Positions 1 through 16,696 of a stretch of 64,000 bases of DNA are shown here, piece by piece. Numbering within the stretch: position 1 is the stretch's first letter; every line of letters starts with the position of its first letter. The position numbers and the translations under genes were made by a program. Below the pieces are notes generated by a model. It was not told where the DNA came from. It saw only the letters and a list, made by a program, of their open reading frames with translations, and ran no database searches. The stretch comes from Eledone cirrhosa (lineage: Eukaryota): assembly GCA_964016885.1 (NCBI GenBank), contig OZ024743.1, positions 253,146,001-253,210,000 of the forward strand, written 5' to 3'.

Positions 1-28
1 ATAAATATAGTTTCCATGTATTTAATAT

Positions 29-90
<62 letters not shown>

Positions 91-91
<1 letters not shown>

Positions 92-344
92 ATAGAAAAT
101 GAAAAATCAGTGATGCATCTGAACATCTGAACTCAATTTATTGTGTTACAATTGTTTCGCCGTCTGATTCTGGACCCGCAGGTTCGACGGACGCGTCTAA
201 TGATTTAGGAGCATATTCACTCACTGCGAGTCCAGAATCAGACAGATCCACACAATGATCGCGTCTCGAGCTGTCGGCCGGCGAAACAATTGTAACACAC
301 AATAAATTGAGTTCAGATGCATCACTGATTTTTCGTTTTCTATT
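91..344. repeat. Imperfect inverted repeat (fold-back) carrying the 3' half of a hammerhead (GAAA-CAATTG-TA) on each arm
   Basis: aatagaaaatgaaaaatcagtgatgcatctgaa...ttacaattgtttcgcc (91-161) is mirrored by ggcgaaacaattgtaacac...atcactgatttttcgttttctatt (280-344); inner arms gtctgattctggac / gtccagaatcagac. No CTGANGA found. Confidence 0.7.
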
Positions 345-420
345 GTATCATACTCTGCTCTGTAAGAGCATAGATTGCTCAACCGGCATACCGCCTATGG
401 AAGCATCTTAGCTACCATCA

Positions 421-2308
<1,888 letters not shown>

Positions 2309-2407
2309 AATATATAAATATATATATATATGTGTGTGGGTGTGTGTGTGGGTGATTGGGGTTGGGGGTGGGGGAGGGGGTACATGTGTGCGCACGTGCT
2401 TGTGTAA

Positions 2408-2692
2408 TCTCTATATATATAACTGAGGGTGTCTGTCTGTGTGTGTGTGTGTGAGTTTGAATCCCTAAATCTCGAGAAACACCCAACCGACTCTTTTCAA
2501 ACTTTACACATGTAATACTTATGTTTCATGGAGTGTTCTGAGCAAAATCAAATTCAAATTCTCAATGCTCTAGAGACCGCATTAGGCGATTTAGCGATCT
2601 CTCTCTATAATTCTTAGTCTTTCTCTTTTTAGATTCATACATATAACGTCGCGCCCTTACGTCTGGCTGTCTGCTACGTCCCTTCCCTGAGG

Positions 2693-2737
<45 letters not shown>

Positions 2738-3348
2738 AGAGAGTCTGTGAGATTGAATCCCTAAAACTCGAGAAGTACCCAACCGATTTTTTTCAAACTT
2801 TACATTATATTAATTATGTTTCAGGGAGTGTTATGCACATAAAAAAAACAATTCAACTTTTTGATCTCCTAGGGCCAGAATTAGGTGAAAAACTGCGTTT
2901 TTAAAGATTTTTAGGGTTTTCTTTAGGCGTTACGTCAGATCGATTTCCTTGAGACTGTAACTATGTATTATTCAGTCTCTTCTTCATACTGTAAGCAAAG
3001 AAAATCCAACTTTTTTAAGGCCTAGGGCCCGCATTAGGGGAAAAACTTCATTTTTTCAGCTTCTTAGGGTTTTTTGGAGGCGTTACGTCTAGCCGATTTT
3101 CTCGGAATTTCAAGGCATATTATGCACATAAAAAAATTCATTTTCATGATCCTTTAGGGCCCGCATTAGGTGAAAACCTGCATTTTTCCTGCTTCATCAA
3201 GGAAATTCTTAAAGATTATCCAGCCATCAAGGTATTCGGTTTATTTTCTTTACATATTGTCCTGGCATGTAGTTTTTCTACGATTAGGACTGTTGGCGGC
3301 CCGATTCCAAAACACATTATCCCGTGCAACGCCTGGAACCACTGCTAG
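2408..3348 (+). mobile_element. Non-autonomous Helitron-like element
   Basis: Starts TC-tctatatatataac..tgtctgtctg and ends with subterminal hairpin cccgtgcaacgcctgg followed by CTAG(T); internal repeats gggcccgcattagg. Confidence 0.7.
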
Positions 3349-3571
3349 TAACAAATACAAAGACCAACATCTATTGTGGAGACGATAAGGGTTGTATATT
3401 TTTAAGTATATAAAACCCCGTAGCGCAAATATTTATTATTAATGCAGATTAAAAGTTTACGCAAAAATAATTCTTCATTGGCCCTCAGGTGGATCATCTG
3501 AAGTTGAGATAAATCAATCTGTAGACGTAGAAGTAGATATTTGAAAAATGTTACATCCAATTATGTATGTT

Positions 3572-3792
<221 letters not shown>

Positions 3793-3794
<2 letters not shown>

Positions 3795-5253
3795 GTAAAC
3801 ATGATAATAATGGAGCTGCGGCGCTGCAAATGGGTTACATATGAAACAGTTTGTCCTCATCAGTGGCCTTCCAACCGTCGTAGGCATTTCGTCGCATTAA
3901 AGGCCATATACCTCAGGTTGGTGCGAGCAACGGCTAAATCAAGTCGTTGGGACACGTAAATAAAGGGGACGCTAGGGTAAACAAACAAAATGGTTTAAGC
4001 AAAAGAAAGTGATGAAGAAGAAAGAAACAAGTCCCAGATTTCTATGAATATAAATTCGGTGGAATCGTGAACGAGAGAATAAAGACCATCAAACCTGGTT
4101 GAAATGTGAGCAAGGAAGGAATTTCGCACAGGTCTAACGGGAGGAAGAAGGGGTCTGGTCTGCAAATTCGGTAAACATAAGTTCTGTGAAGTCGCAGACG
4201 AGAGAGAGAGAAAAAAAGTTCATACCGGCTTGGCCAAGTGCCCGCGAGAAAAGGATTACGGACAGGTCAAACGGAAAGAAAGGGGAGGAGGAAAGGTAGT
4301 GACAGAGAGTGAGTGAGTGAAAGGTGAGGAAGAGGCTAACAGAGAGAGAGAGACTGCTAGAAAGGGTAAAGACACAAAGAACGAAACAGACTGGTGGCAG
4401 CGGAGGAAAAAATATATGTGTAAATATGATAATAATGGAGCTGCGGCGCTGCAAATGGGTTACATATGAAAAAGTTTGTCCTCATCAGTGGCCTTCCAAC
4501 CGTCGTAGGCATTTCGTCGCATTAAAGGCCATATACCTCAGGTTGGTGCGAGCAACGGCTAAAAAAAGTCGTTGGGACACGTAAATAAAGGGGACGCTAG
4601 GGTAAACAAACAAAATGGTTTAAACAACAGAAAGTGATGAAGAAGAAAGAAACAAGTCCCAGATTTCTGTGAATATAAATTCGGTGGAATCGTGAACGAG
4701 AGAATAAAGACCACCGTTCTTTGTGTCTTTACCCTTTCTAGCAGTCTCTCTCTCTCTGTTAGCCTCTTCCTCAACTTTCACTCACTCACTCTCTGTCACT
4801 ACCTTTCCACCTCCCCTTTCTTCCCGTTTGACCTGTCCGTAATCCTTTTCTCGCGGGCACTTGACCAAGCCGGTATGAATTTTTTCTCTCTCTCTCTCTC
4901 GTCTGCGACTTCACAGAACTTATGTTTACCGAATTCGCAGACCAGACCCCTTCTTCCTCCCGTTAGACCTGTGCGAAATTCCTTCCTTGCTCACATTTCA
5001 ACCAGGTTTGATGGTCTTTATTCTCTCGTTCACGATTCCACCGAATTTATATTCATAGAAATCTGGGACTTGTTTCTTTCTTCTTCATCACTTTCTGTTG
5101 CTCAAACCATTTTGTTTGTTTACCCTAGCGTCCCCTTTATTTACGTGTCCCAACGATTTGATTTAGCCGTTGCTCGCACCAACCTGAGGTATATGGCCTT
5201 TAATGCAACGAAATGCCTACGACGGTTGGAAGGCCACTGATGAGGACAAACTT

Positions 5254-5259
<6 letters not shown>
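3793..5259. mobile_element. Non-coding ~625-bp unit + partial tandem copy + inverted copy, inserted in (TA)n
   Basis: 3794-4418 is repeated from 4419 to ~4713; 4715-5259 is the reverse complement of ~3837-4383; (TA)n on both sides. CTGATGAGGAC core present but the rest of a hammerhead is not recognisable. Confidence 0.85.
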
Positions 5260-5302
<43 letters not shown>

Positions 5303-5312
<10 letters not shown>

Positions 5313-5627
5313 AAACAGAGAATGTCTGTCTGACTCCCTAAAACTCGAGACCCCTCCCCCCGAAACTATTGTTTTCAAAGTTTACGCATGTAATACTTAT
5401 GGTCTGTGAGTGTTTTAAGCAAAAAATATTTCGAATTTTCAATGCCCTAGAGCCCGCATTAGGCGCCGGTTAGCGATCGCATTATCTTTCTTAGTCTATC
5501 TTTTTAGATAGATACATAGTTATAACGTCGCGCATTTATAATATCTGTCTGTATATATGGCTGTCTGCATTACGACATTGACTTCGCTATCTGTGTGCGT
5601 GTATATATACATGTATATATAATGTGC

Positions 5628-5667
<40 letters not shown>

Positions 5668-6082
5668 TGTAACGTTTTTCGAAATATTTACTTCTGCGTT
5701 CACATATTGATTTTTTCATTTTCAGGAGATCCCGTTAAGGGTGAAAGCAGCGATTCTTCGCTTAAACTTTAATCTGTTATTTTATATATGTATAATTATA
5801 TATTCGTGTACAGATATTTTTGCATACACAATAACAAAATATAAACGAACGTATTTATTTCACGAGGCTCGACAGCAGCAAAAACAACAACAACAAAGAG
5901 AGGGAACGTAATTATATGCTTTTGAAATGGAAAATTATTTGTCTATTCACTCAATGCGACTTCACTTTTTATTAGGACTTCTGCATCAATTGGTGAACAT
6001 ACGACGAGTCTGTTTCAGAAAGGAGGGATAAACATGCCAATCTATGTTTAGAACCCCGAGCAACGCCGGGCAATTCTGCTAG
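5303..6082 (+). mobile_element. Non-autonomous Helitron-like element (first of a head-to-tail pair)
   Basis: tatatatataaaacagagaatgtctgtctg start; 3' hairpin cccgagcaacgccggg followed by CTAG at 6079-6082; homologous to 2408-3348. Confidence 0.7.
5671..5785 (+). mobile_element. pLTR fragment (HHR region) of the PLE family at 31197-33290, nested in the Helitron
   Basis: caggagatcccgttaagggtgaaagcagcgattcttcgcttaaactttaatctgttatttt matches 8380-8445, 25627-25695 and the reverse complement of 31265-31380. Confidence 0.8.
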
Positions 6083-6945
6083 TATATATCTAAAACAGAG
6101 AATATCTGTCTGTCTGTCTTCCTAAAACTCGAGAACCACCCAACCGATATTTTTCAAACTTTACACATGTAATACTTATGGTCGTGTGAGTCTTTTCAGC
6201 GAAAGATATTTCAATTTTTCAATGAGGTAGGGACCGCATTAGGCGAAAAACTGCATATTTTAGGCTTTAAATGCTTTTTTTAGGCATAACGGAACAATAA
6301 TCCAGGCGATTTCTTCAAAATTTGCTTTACTTATGTCGTTTAAAGTGTTTTCAGCAAAACAGATTTTCTCATCTTTTGCCCCAGGGACCGCATTAGGCGA
6401 AAAATAGATTTTTTGAAGCATTTTGGTTGCGATAGGGCCTCTAATTCGAGAAGTACCCAACCGATTTTTTTAAAACTTTGCTTATCCATTATGTATGTTT
6501 CACAACTTATTTTGATTAAAAGAGATTTCAAATTTTTGCCCGGGGACCGCATTGTTTAGCATTTTGGTTGCGTTAGGGTCTGTAACCTTAAAAGTATCCA
6601 ACTAAATTCCTTCATGCTCTCCACCCCTGCATTTCCACATGCTTACTTCTCTGTAACTATTGCTTTCATCGTACCATAGCACAACAAATACATGTTCGGT
6701 TTGTCGAATTCCTTTTTACTTAATGCTATCGTCTTGGCTTTCGTGGGTTGAACATTTTACTCTCAGGCACCCAATTACGTTAAACTCCTGGTAATCTACG
6801 ACCGACGAATTTTTTTTATCAGCACAAAATGTAGATACCATCCCCAGGTCGAGGTATTCGTACTTCTCCATACTGTTTCAATAAGGAGGGATTAACATGC
6901 CAGTCTATGTTTAGAATCCCGAGCAACACCGGGCCATTCTACTAG
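6083..6945 (+). mobile_element. Non-autonomous Helitron-like element (second of the tandem pair)
   Basis: Begins immediately after the CTAG of the first copy with the same 5' sequence; ends cccgagcaacaccggg..CTAG at 6942-6945. Confidence 0.7.
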
Positions 6946-7785
6946 TATATATATTAAACAATAATAGAAGGTCGGACTGGAAGAGATGCTGCAACATCTT
7001 AATTCAGTGAAATTACTATACATATTTCAATCTCCCAACTCTATCATCCAATTATGATGCAAAATCTCATCAGCTAACTACAAACAGGACTACAAACTAC
7101 GACAGAACTACAAACAGGGTTGAGTTGAAGCCAAACTTATCACGGAACTTAGAGAAAAGGGAAATCGGAAATTGAAAAATAAAAAATAAAAAATAAAAAC
7201 TTGACTCGGGGACTGCCTGCAAAACAATTGTTTTTATGTCAAAATGCAGCACCCGAGGGCTGCCATATATTCTAGGCATGGAGGTTAAGTGTGCTCATAA
7301 GACGACACAACTTATCAAGATGGATGTAAGGACTTGCAAGTTCCTCAGGGTTACTGGAAAATTTGACATCTTGTTATTTCACATGTAAGTAGGATAGCCG
7401 TTGTCTAAAACCCACATTAACATCACACAACATCCGGATAATAAAACTGAAAGAACATCTTCAACAGAAGAAAAAAAAATTCAGCAGCCATATTTCTTAG
7501 GTCTATGAGCATGAAAATAATAATTGTTTCTACTTTTAGCACAAGGCCAACAATTATCCCAGTGCGTTGTTGGTACTTTATTTTATCGACCCGAATGGAT
7601 GAAAGGCAGTGTTAACGGACAGAACAAACGAGAGACACAATATATAAAAAAGAATATATAACAATCACTGAGCAAGTCACAGAATGTGAGACGAAAGAGC
7701 ATTGACGCTATATAAACAACCACCCTGTTATCGAACCAACCAACCAGTTGGAAATGTATTGTTATTGGCAACAGGACCCTCTCCA

Positions 7786-7894
<109 letters not shown>

Positions 7895-7929
7895 ATACAT
7901 ACACACATACATATATATATATAACTGTT

Positions 7930-8443
7930 TGCGTGTATGTATTTATTTGTTCCTATTACTTCTGTATTGTATTTATTTACTTTGTTCTTAACTCTGTAGC
8001 GGAGATTCATTTGGTCTCCTAGTTAGAATTTTAGTCTACGATTTCTGCTATACCATTTACGTGGTTTTGTCTTTGCGTGCTATTGTTCTCCACGCTCCAC
8101 ATATGACTTATTATCTGCGTTTTTTCGTTCATTGCCAGAGAACGTCTCTATGCACCACCTAAGAGAACATTAGTCTACGACCTCTTTTATACCATAAACG
8201 TGGTTTTGTCTTTGCGCGTAATTGTTTTTCACCGCTCCTATTAATGACGTATTATTCGTTTTTTCCCGTTCTTTGCCAGCGAACGTTACCACGAACCAAA
8301 GGATCGTCTTCCTGTCTTCCTCCGGTTGCAACGTTTTTTGAAATATCCAGTTCTGCGTTTACAGATTGACTTTGTTAGTTTCAGAAGATCCCGTTAAGGG
8401 TGAAAGCAGCGATTCTTTGCTTAAACTTTAATCTGTTATTTTA

Positions 8444-8447
<4 letters not shown>
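7930..8447 (+). mobile_element. Solo pLTR/3' region of the PLE family at 31197-33290
   Basis: Reverse-complement match to ~31262-31780 including the internal ~125-bp duplication; HHR-like motif at 8377-8427; flanked by (TA)n. Confidence 0.85.
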
Positions 8448-9875
<1,428 letters not shown>

Positions 9876-9947
9876 CGGGTAACATTCCCGAGATCCATGG
9901 ACGAGTTCGCTCCAGCGGTCTCTGTCCCTCATTATCGCTGCCATATC

Positions 9948-10658
9948 CTACATCTCCAACAGACCAGTGTCTGTCCTTAGGGCATCAACATATGTTAACC
10001 TTGGTCTTCCTCTTCTAGTGTGTCCATGTAGGGGCTCCCCAAGGAGCACTGAGTGCAATGTCAACTCTGGATGTCGGTGAGCATGTCCAGCCAACCTCAG
10101 TCTCCTCTGTGTCACTTTTGAGCTGACTTTTGGGATGCTCCCATACAGCTCTGAGTTTTTCATCCTCAGTGTATACTGATTAATGTTCAGAGCCATCCTC
10201 AGCATTCTCGTGTAGCACCCATCCACCATCTGAGTGAGTCTCTTGGTCAGTGTCCAAGTCTCAGACCCATACAGCAGCACAGACTCCACTACAGCAATGA
10301 AGAGGCGGATTTTCAGGTCTCTACGAAGGTCCGACTTCCACACCGATCTCAAGCTGTGACACGCCGCCCAGGCCTTGCTCTTCCTCTCAACCACATCATC
10401 CTCCGTATTCCCAATCTTTGCTCCCAAATACAGGAAGTCCTCAACCAATTCCAGCGGCTTCCCGCCTACATTAGTGATCCCCTCTGGCTTCTCAACATTC
10501 TCTACCAGATATTTTGTTTTAGTCTCATTCATTCTCAGCCCCACACTCATCGACACAGTCTCAACCTCCCGCATCAAATCCTCTGCCTCCTTCACTGTAT
10601 TTGTCACCAAAACTATGTCGTCGGCAAATTCAGCATCCGATACCTTTTTCGCCCCCAA
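9948..10658 (-). pseudogene. RTE RT C-terminal part (frameshifted continuation)
   Basis: EFADDIVL, GLRMNETKTK, FLYLG, LLYGSETWTL. Confidence 0.92.
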
Positions 10659-12987
10659 CTCTCCTGCTCTGGGCCGGTGCTACAGAAAAGCCAGAGTCCT
10701 GGTGTTTCTCCAGTGCAAGGCGCATACAATAGTCCACTACGATGATAAAAAGGTAGGGAGCCAATGTATCTCCCTGGAGCACTCCAGCCAGTATCTCAAA
10801 GAACTCTGTCATCCCATCAGGTATAATGACTTGGGCTTTGGTGTTGGTGTAGAGCAGTGATATCAGGTCCACTATCCTCTTGGGGATTCCATAAGCCTGT
10901 AAGATCTTCATCAGGCAGTAACGGTCCACAGAATCAATGAAAACCATGACCGCAGGAAGGCACTTTGCTCTAGCTCCCTCTAATATCCTCCTCAGCATCA
11001 GAATGTGACTGGTGGTTGATCTACCCTCTCTGAAGCCGTTCTGGTTGTACCTGAGCTTCTTCTCCATCTCAGGCTGGATCCTGTTAAGAATCATCCTGTT
11101 GAGGGTCTTTGCCACAAGTGACGTCAGTGAGATCCCCCGGTAGTTGTTGGTGTTAGAGAGATCTCCCTTCTTTGGCACTGGGACGATGTTACTGATCCTC
11201 CACTGATTCGGGGCAACTCCTTTCTCCAGTGCCCCGTTACAGAACCCCAGGATGATATCATCAAAATCACACCTCTTCATCACCTCTGATGTCACTCCAT
11301 CTTCTCCATGAGCCTTTCCCTCCTTGATCTTCTTCTTGGCTCTCTGAAGCTCCTCTCTGGTGAAGGGCTCTGTCTCAACATCCAGTTCCTCAAACAGCCG
11401 CCTGATCTCCCCAGTGCTCTGGGCTGTGGAGGGTGGCTCTCCTAGTAGGGTCCTAAAATGGTCTAGCCATTTCCTCTTCCTATCCTCGGGCCCCGTTCCC
11501 TGGATCTGACTCGAACACCTTTTCTTCCTCCCTGTGATCTCGTTGATGATCATCCAGCTCTCCTTACATCCAGATCTGTCAACCGCTCTCTCCACACTTC
11601 TGATCTTCTCTATCAGTGCCTCCTCTCTGACCTCAGTGTAAGCGGTACAGAGCTCTTCCCTCATCACCTCCACAGTCTCCATCCTCTCCTCCGTAGGATC
11701 AGCATAGAATTGGTCCCTGGCAGCTTTCAGGTGTTCTCTGGCTGCACACAGTTTTGGGTTTGCAGAGCTGACGTGCTTCCCTTTGTTCTTTTTCCTCGGC
11801 ACCAGGGTTTCACTTGCTTTCGTCACTGCATTGGTGAAGTGCCCGTACCTCCTCGTCACACTCTCCTCAGTCCATCCAATCTCTCTCTCCTCTGACTCTC
11901 CACACAGAGCACTAAACCTGTTTCTCACTTCCAGCGTGAACCTCTCCTGTAGCTTATCATCTTCCTTGAAAGCTCCCCAGTCATAGATTGTTCTCCGGGG
12001 ATGAGCCTTGCTCTTTCTTAAGCTCACGCGGACCTCACTCATAACAAGCCGGTGGTCACTACTCAGTGTACTGAAATAGCTGTATGGTTCCGTGTTCAGA
12101 ACACTATTCCGCCACTTTTTCCTCACCAGAATGAAATCAATCTGGGACTTGGACAGGTGCATATCTGAGATGTAGGTCCACATCTTCCCCGGATTCTTCC
12201 TAAACCTTAGGTTGGTCGCCATCAAGTTCGCCTCCAGCAGGGTGTCTCTCAGTAGTCTTCCATTTCGGTTGGTGTTGTTATGGAAGTACCAGCAAGGATC
12301 TTCACAGCCCTCCTTACTCAGATGTGCATTGAAGTCCCCCAAAACAAGCAGGATATTGTGTGCCTGAGTGGTGTTGACAGCTCTACACACCTCCTCATGG
12401 AACTCCACGGCATTCACATCACTGTCCCCCTCGGTTGGACTATAGGCTGAGATGACTGTCAGTCTTGGGTTTCCATTGAAGGTCACCCTCAACACTCGCG
12501 GGGAGATAGGCATTATTTCCCTCACCAACAAATTGGTTTTTGCACTGAACACAAAACCCACTCCTCCTACTGCAGCATTTGTTGTGTTCTTCACTGCCGA
12601 TGTAGTGATGAGCTGGCTCTTTTTCCCGATCATCACACTCCTCACGGGCTCATCGTGTAGAATCCTGTGTTCTTGGATCGCAAGTATCTGTATACCACTC
12701 TCCTCGAACAGATGTCCCAACTCCTCTCTCTTCTCCAGCGTTCGAATAGTCCTCACATTCAAAGTGCCCATTTTGATGGCTCTTCTGCAGGACAAAACTG
12801 CATTCTTTATATTTGTCTCAGAGACAGCTGATCCATCATCCACTGGCCCTCTCTGTGGCTCTAAGCCAGCAGAGTCATAACGACCAGGCTGCTCCTTGAC
12901 AGTGTAATTAGGGGCTCTAACCCTAGTGCCGTTAGATTGACTCTCCATATTTCTTTTCAATGGCTGACAATACCTTACCGGCGCCAC
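10630..12987 (-). pseudogene. RTE APE endonuclease + N-terminal RT
   Basis: Motifs GTLNVRT, IQEHR, SAYSPT, LGDFNA, SQIDFIL, SDH, NYRGISL, QNGFR, GVLQGDTLAPYLF. RT motif FID(FxKAFD)SV lacks six residues, and the frame shifts near 10655. Confidence 0.92.
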
Positions 12988-13157
12988 CCGAATAAGGTAG
13001 TTATTTAACCCATAAATGGAGCCCTAACAAGTACTACCACCCCGGGCCAGGGCAGACCTGGGAGTCATGACAACTAAGGGGTAACTCCACATTCCCCACA
13101 TCTCCTGAACTCCCGAACTGGAGCCTTGCCACTGGATGTAGTTTAATGTCATACCCA

Positions 13158-13340
<183 letters not shown>

Positions 13341-13356
13341 TACCACATCACCTTCG

Positions 13357-13433
<77 letters not shown>

Positions 13434-13723
13434 TGTATTTATATAAACGTTGTTCCAGTTCACTCAGCTATAGAAATAAATGAATTGCGATCTCAATAGT
13501 GCCCTGGACAACATCGCTTGGATGGAGATGGGAAATTGATATACATGGGTGATTGTTGGTCTTTGACAAACAACCTTGCCCGGACATGTGCCTTGGAGAG
13601 AAACTTTCTAGGTGCAATCCCATGGTCATTCGTGACCGAAGGATGTCTTAACCCTATATATATATGTAAGTATTCACACATACACACACACACACGCGTA
13701 CACACCCACACGCGTACACACAC

Positions 13724-13802
<79 letters not shown>

Positions 13803-14185
13803 CATGGGATAACAAGTTATCGTTATAGGTAATCCAGTTAGAGGTTGTGAGTACTCTGTGTCGTGGATAGTTTTAACGTACGACTTTGTTTGACTCAACA
13901 AGATATTTCCATAGTTAGGCAGCGAGTTCGCGGAAATTCCTATGTAGGTTATACTTGGAGTAATAATAGTGAACGACTGAAGAGTAACATGGTTGGCTGT
14001 ACAACAAGGGGCTTTATTTCAGGTATTAACAATTGTTTCATTAATCAGGTGAGTCTAGAAGCCGCTAATCGCTCGAAGTTGCGTCATTCGTTCTCCATTA
14101 CATTATTTACCTCTGAACAAATCCTCAGAATCTAGTCAAGTTTGCAATTTTCGAAAATTACAAACTTGACTGTCACTACTGAATA

Positions 14186-14224
14186 TGAACCTGAAGATTG
14201 CGAAAGCATGAAAGTACTTGTTCA
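14186..14224 (+). ncRNA. Minimal type I hammerhead ribozyme
   Basis: tgaac-CTGAAGA-t tgc(gaaa)gca t-GAAA-gtac-TT-gttca; palindromic stem III AGTACT; CUU triplet; just downstream of a palindrome at 14134-14171. Confidence 0.8.
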
Positions 14225-14472
14225 ATTAACATTTAATATTTAATATTCTACCATACTATTTCATTATAATATCATTATAATTTTAAAGGATTGTAAATAA
14301 AACGAGTTTATCAGACAAAGTTGGAATTCCTTTTATATATATATATACACACACCTATATACATTTATATACACACACCTATATACATATATATATACAC
14401 ACACCTATATACATATATATATACACACACCTATATACATATACATATGTGCGTATGAGTTACATCGAGCAC

Positions 14473-14672
14473 TAATAATGATCGTTTCTACTTTTGGCAC
14501 AAGGCCAACAATTATCCCAGTGCATTACTGCAGCTTCATTTTATCGACCCTGTAAGGATAAAAAGCAAAGTTAACTTCGGCGGGATTTGAACTCAGACCA
14601 TAAAGGGCCGTAACTCTATGCTTTAAAGCATGGCGTCCGACCCTCTACCGATACTGCCAATCCACCGCCCTA
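14473..14672 (-). mobile_element. tRNA-headed SINE with Nin/Deu-like central domain (abundant family)
   Basis: A/B-box head (ggattggcagtatcggtag..gagttcaaatccc), core tttgcctttcatccttacggggtcgataaaataaagtaccag, (ATT)n tail. Other copies at ~7515-7615, 16885-17060, 17065-17277, 17281-17446, 19045-19122, 24193-24373, 25150-25330, 47097-47190, 48215-48360, 54420-54590, 58195-58318. Confidence 0.85.
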
Positions 14673-14768
14673 AATAATAATGTTCGATTAGTTTGTAAAC
14701 AAACAGCCCGATTTGAAGCTGTGCCGGTGACTTATCGACACCTGTTTGTACAACATTGGCTTTGAGGA

Positions 14769-14811
14769 ACAATCAACATGTTTCTGGGTCATTACCTTTC
14801 ATCAGGACTGT
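14769..14811 (-). ncRNA. Minimal type I hammerhead ribozyme
   Basis: Reverse strand: acagtc-CTGATGA-aa ggt(aatg)acc ca-GAAA-catg-TT-gattgt; palindromic stem III ACATGT; stem II base mismatched. Confidence 0.7.
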
Positions 14812-15389
14812 ATATCTCTGTCAGTCTATTGAGTTACGGCTGACCTTGCCGAATATTAAAAAATAAAATTAGAATTTTATTTCTCACCCTATTGAACGTT
14901 GTTATTAATCTTCAATATAACCCATGCGTACATATGTATGTGATTCCTGAACCACACAGCCACTCTATCTCTATATGTGTGTTTTTGTATATTCTTCTGC
15001 TTTTATATTTTCACAATTTTTTGCCAATAGAGGGAGAGTCGGTTTCTAACATAGACACAAGACTCGCTCATTGGAATTTACACATCAACTAGGTAGATAT
15101 GTATGTCTGCATGCATACATGTGTGTGCCGGTATGGATGTTATTGTAAGTGTGGATGTGGATGTTTTGAGTTGTATGTGTGCATGTGCATATGTTTTGTA
15201 TCTGTACATGTGTAGATACAGTTATTAGATGGAGAAGTTTTAGGAATGTTTTATATAATTTTACTGTTCTGGATTGTAACTTGTCGTGTTCTTTCTATTT
15301 CTCTGAAGCCCAGCATCTCAAGATTTGTATTGAGGCAGTTTATGTATGTATGTATGTATGTATGTATGTATGTATGTATGTATAAATAA

Positions 15390-15986
15390 AGTTGGTGCTA
15401 CTGGTAACATGTATCCCAGTACAACCTGTCTCATGGTCGGGTCGTTGGCGACTAAACTGGCAACCCCACCAAGGTTTCTTGGTGAGGAGGGTGACTTTGG
15501 ACATCCTGCAGGACTAAAAACAAAACCTGTCAAAGGGCAAAGGAGCTCGTAAGAGTCAATGGCCATCCAAAATCACCGGGAGAGATGACCCCTTAGCCTT
15601 TGTCAAGGCAGAATCCTAGGAGAATGAAAACTCTGATATAACACCTGCAACCCTGATGGTATCCAATGATGTTGACTTGTTCTTCTTTTTGGTAAATATC
15701 ATCTTGGTGAAGAGAGTGGGACTGGCTTTGTGCAGTGCCTTTGCCCACTATAAAAGCTTCACGGCACAGGCATTGCTTTATATCTGGAGATCTCTCTGCA
15801 CTTGTCGTCACATGGTACCATGGGCCCAGCACTATGTGTCAGTAATTATCACAAGTGTAGTGTTTGTACCAGAGTTTTCAAGTCGCTGGCTGGACTAAAA
15901 AGTCACACTCGTTCAGCGCATCGGTAGGGGTTGTCCTACATGGATATAAAGTAGTGGCCGTACTCGAAAACGAGTTGGCAGCCACC
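15390..15986. repeat. GC-richer ~600-bp insertion in a (TATG)n tract, probably LINE-derived
   Basis: Sharp composition change between two (TATG)n tracts; no recognisable protein motif. Confidence 0.4.
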
Positions 15987-16628
15987 ATGTATGTATGTAT
16001 GTATGTATGTATGTATGTATGGATGGATGGATGGATGGATAGATGGATGCATGGATGTGTGTGCATGTTCTCACTCGCTTTCTTTCTCTCTCTCTCACAC
16101 ACATACACACACACACACACATTACACAAACACACACGCGCGCGTATATATATATAGACAGTTGTAGATATAGATATTTAACAGACGCTTAAAAAATGGA
16201 TATTATGTGAACTGTTTTTTCTTTTCTCTGCTCATGTCTGATCTAATCTGAGCTAAAAGATGTAGACGCCATTTTGAAAGGATAGAGCAAGGATATTTAA
16301 GTATATATTGAGAAATGTCATGAACTCTTTAGCTCTGAACGATATTTCTTTTATCCGGCAAAACCGCAAAAAGAATTCACGGATGTTTATGTCTAGCCAG
16401 AGGAAGCAGCTGCTGGTTTCTATGTTTCTATCTCGAAAAATCCCCAGCAGGTTTAAGTAGCGATGTCTTATGGGAATAGAATCTGGGACACGTCCAAAGT
16501 TATTTTACTGATAAAATGCACACTATTTATGATTCTCTCTCACATTCCCTCATCGCCCCCATTCTCTCTCGTGTCAATCACCACAATATTCAGTATCAAA
16601 TTAGAGAAATGGTTTTATTGGAATAATA

Positions 16629-16696
<68 letters not shown>

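Noticed and set aside
4692-5240. 182-aa ORF and related ORFs in the 625-bp repeat
   Set aside because: Low-complexity reading frame crossing the inversion junction; no domain signal.
7010-7080. Hammerhead on - strand (CTGATGA-gatt..gatt-GAAA-tatg-TA)
   Set aside because: Stem I does not pair; may be a decayed copy, not counted.
15392-15470. HDV-like ribozyme (ccagt..gg gtcg ttgg cga ctaa actgg)
   Set aside because: P2, P4 and J4/2 look plausible, but P1, P3 and L3 cannot be built.
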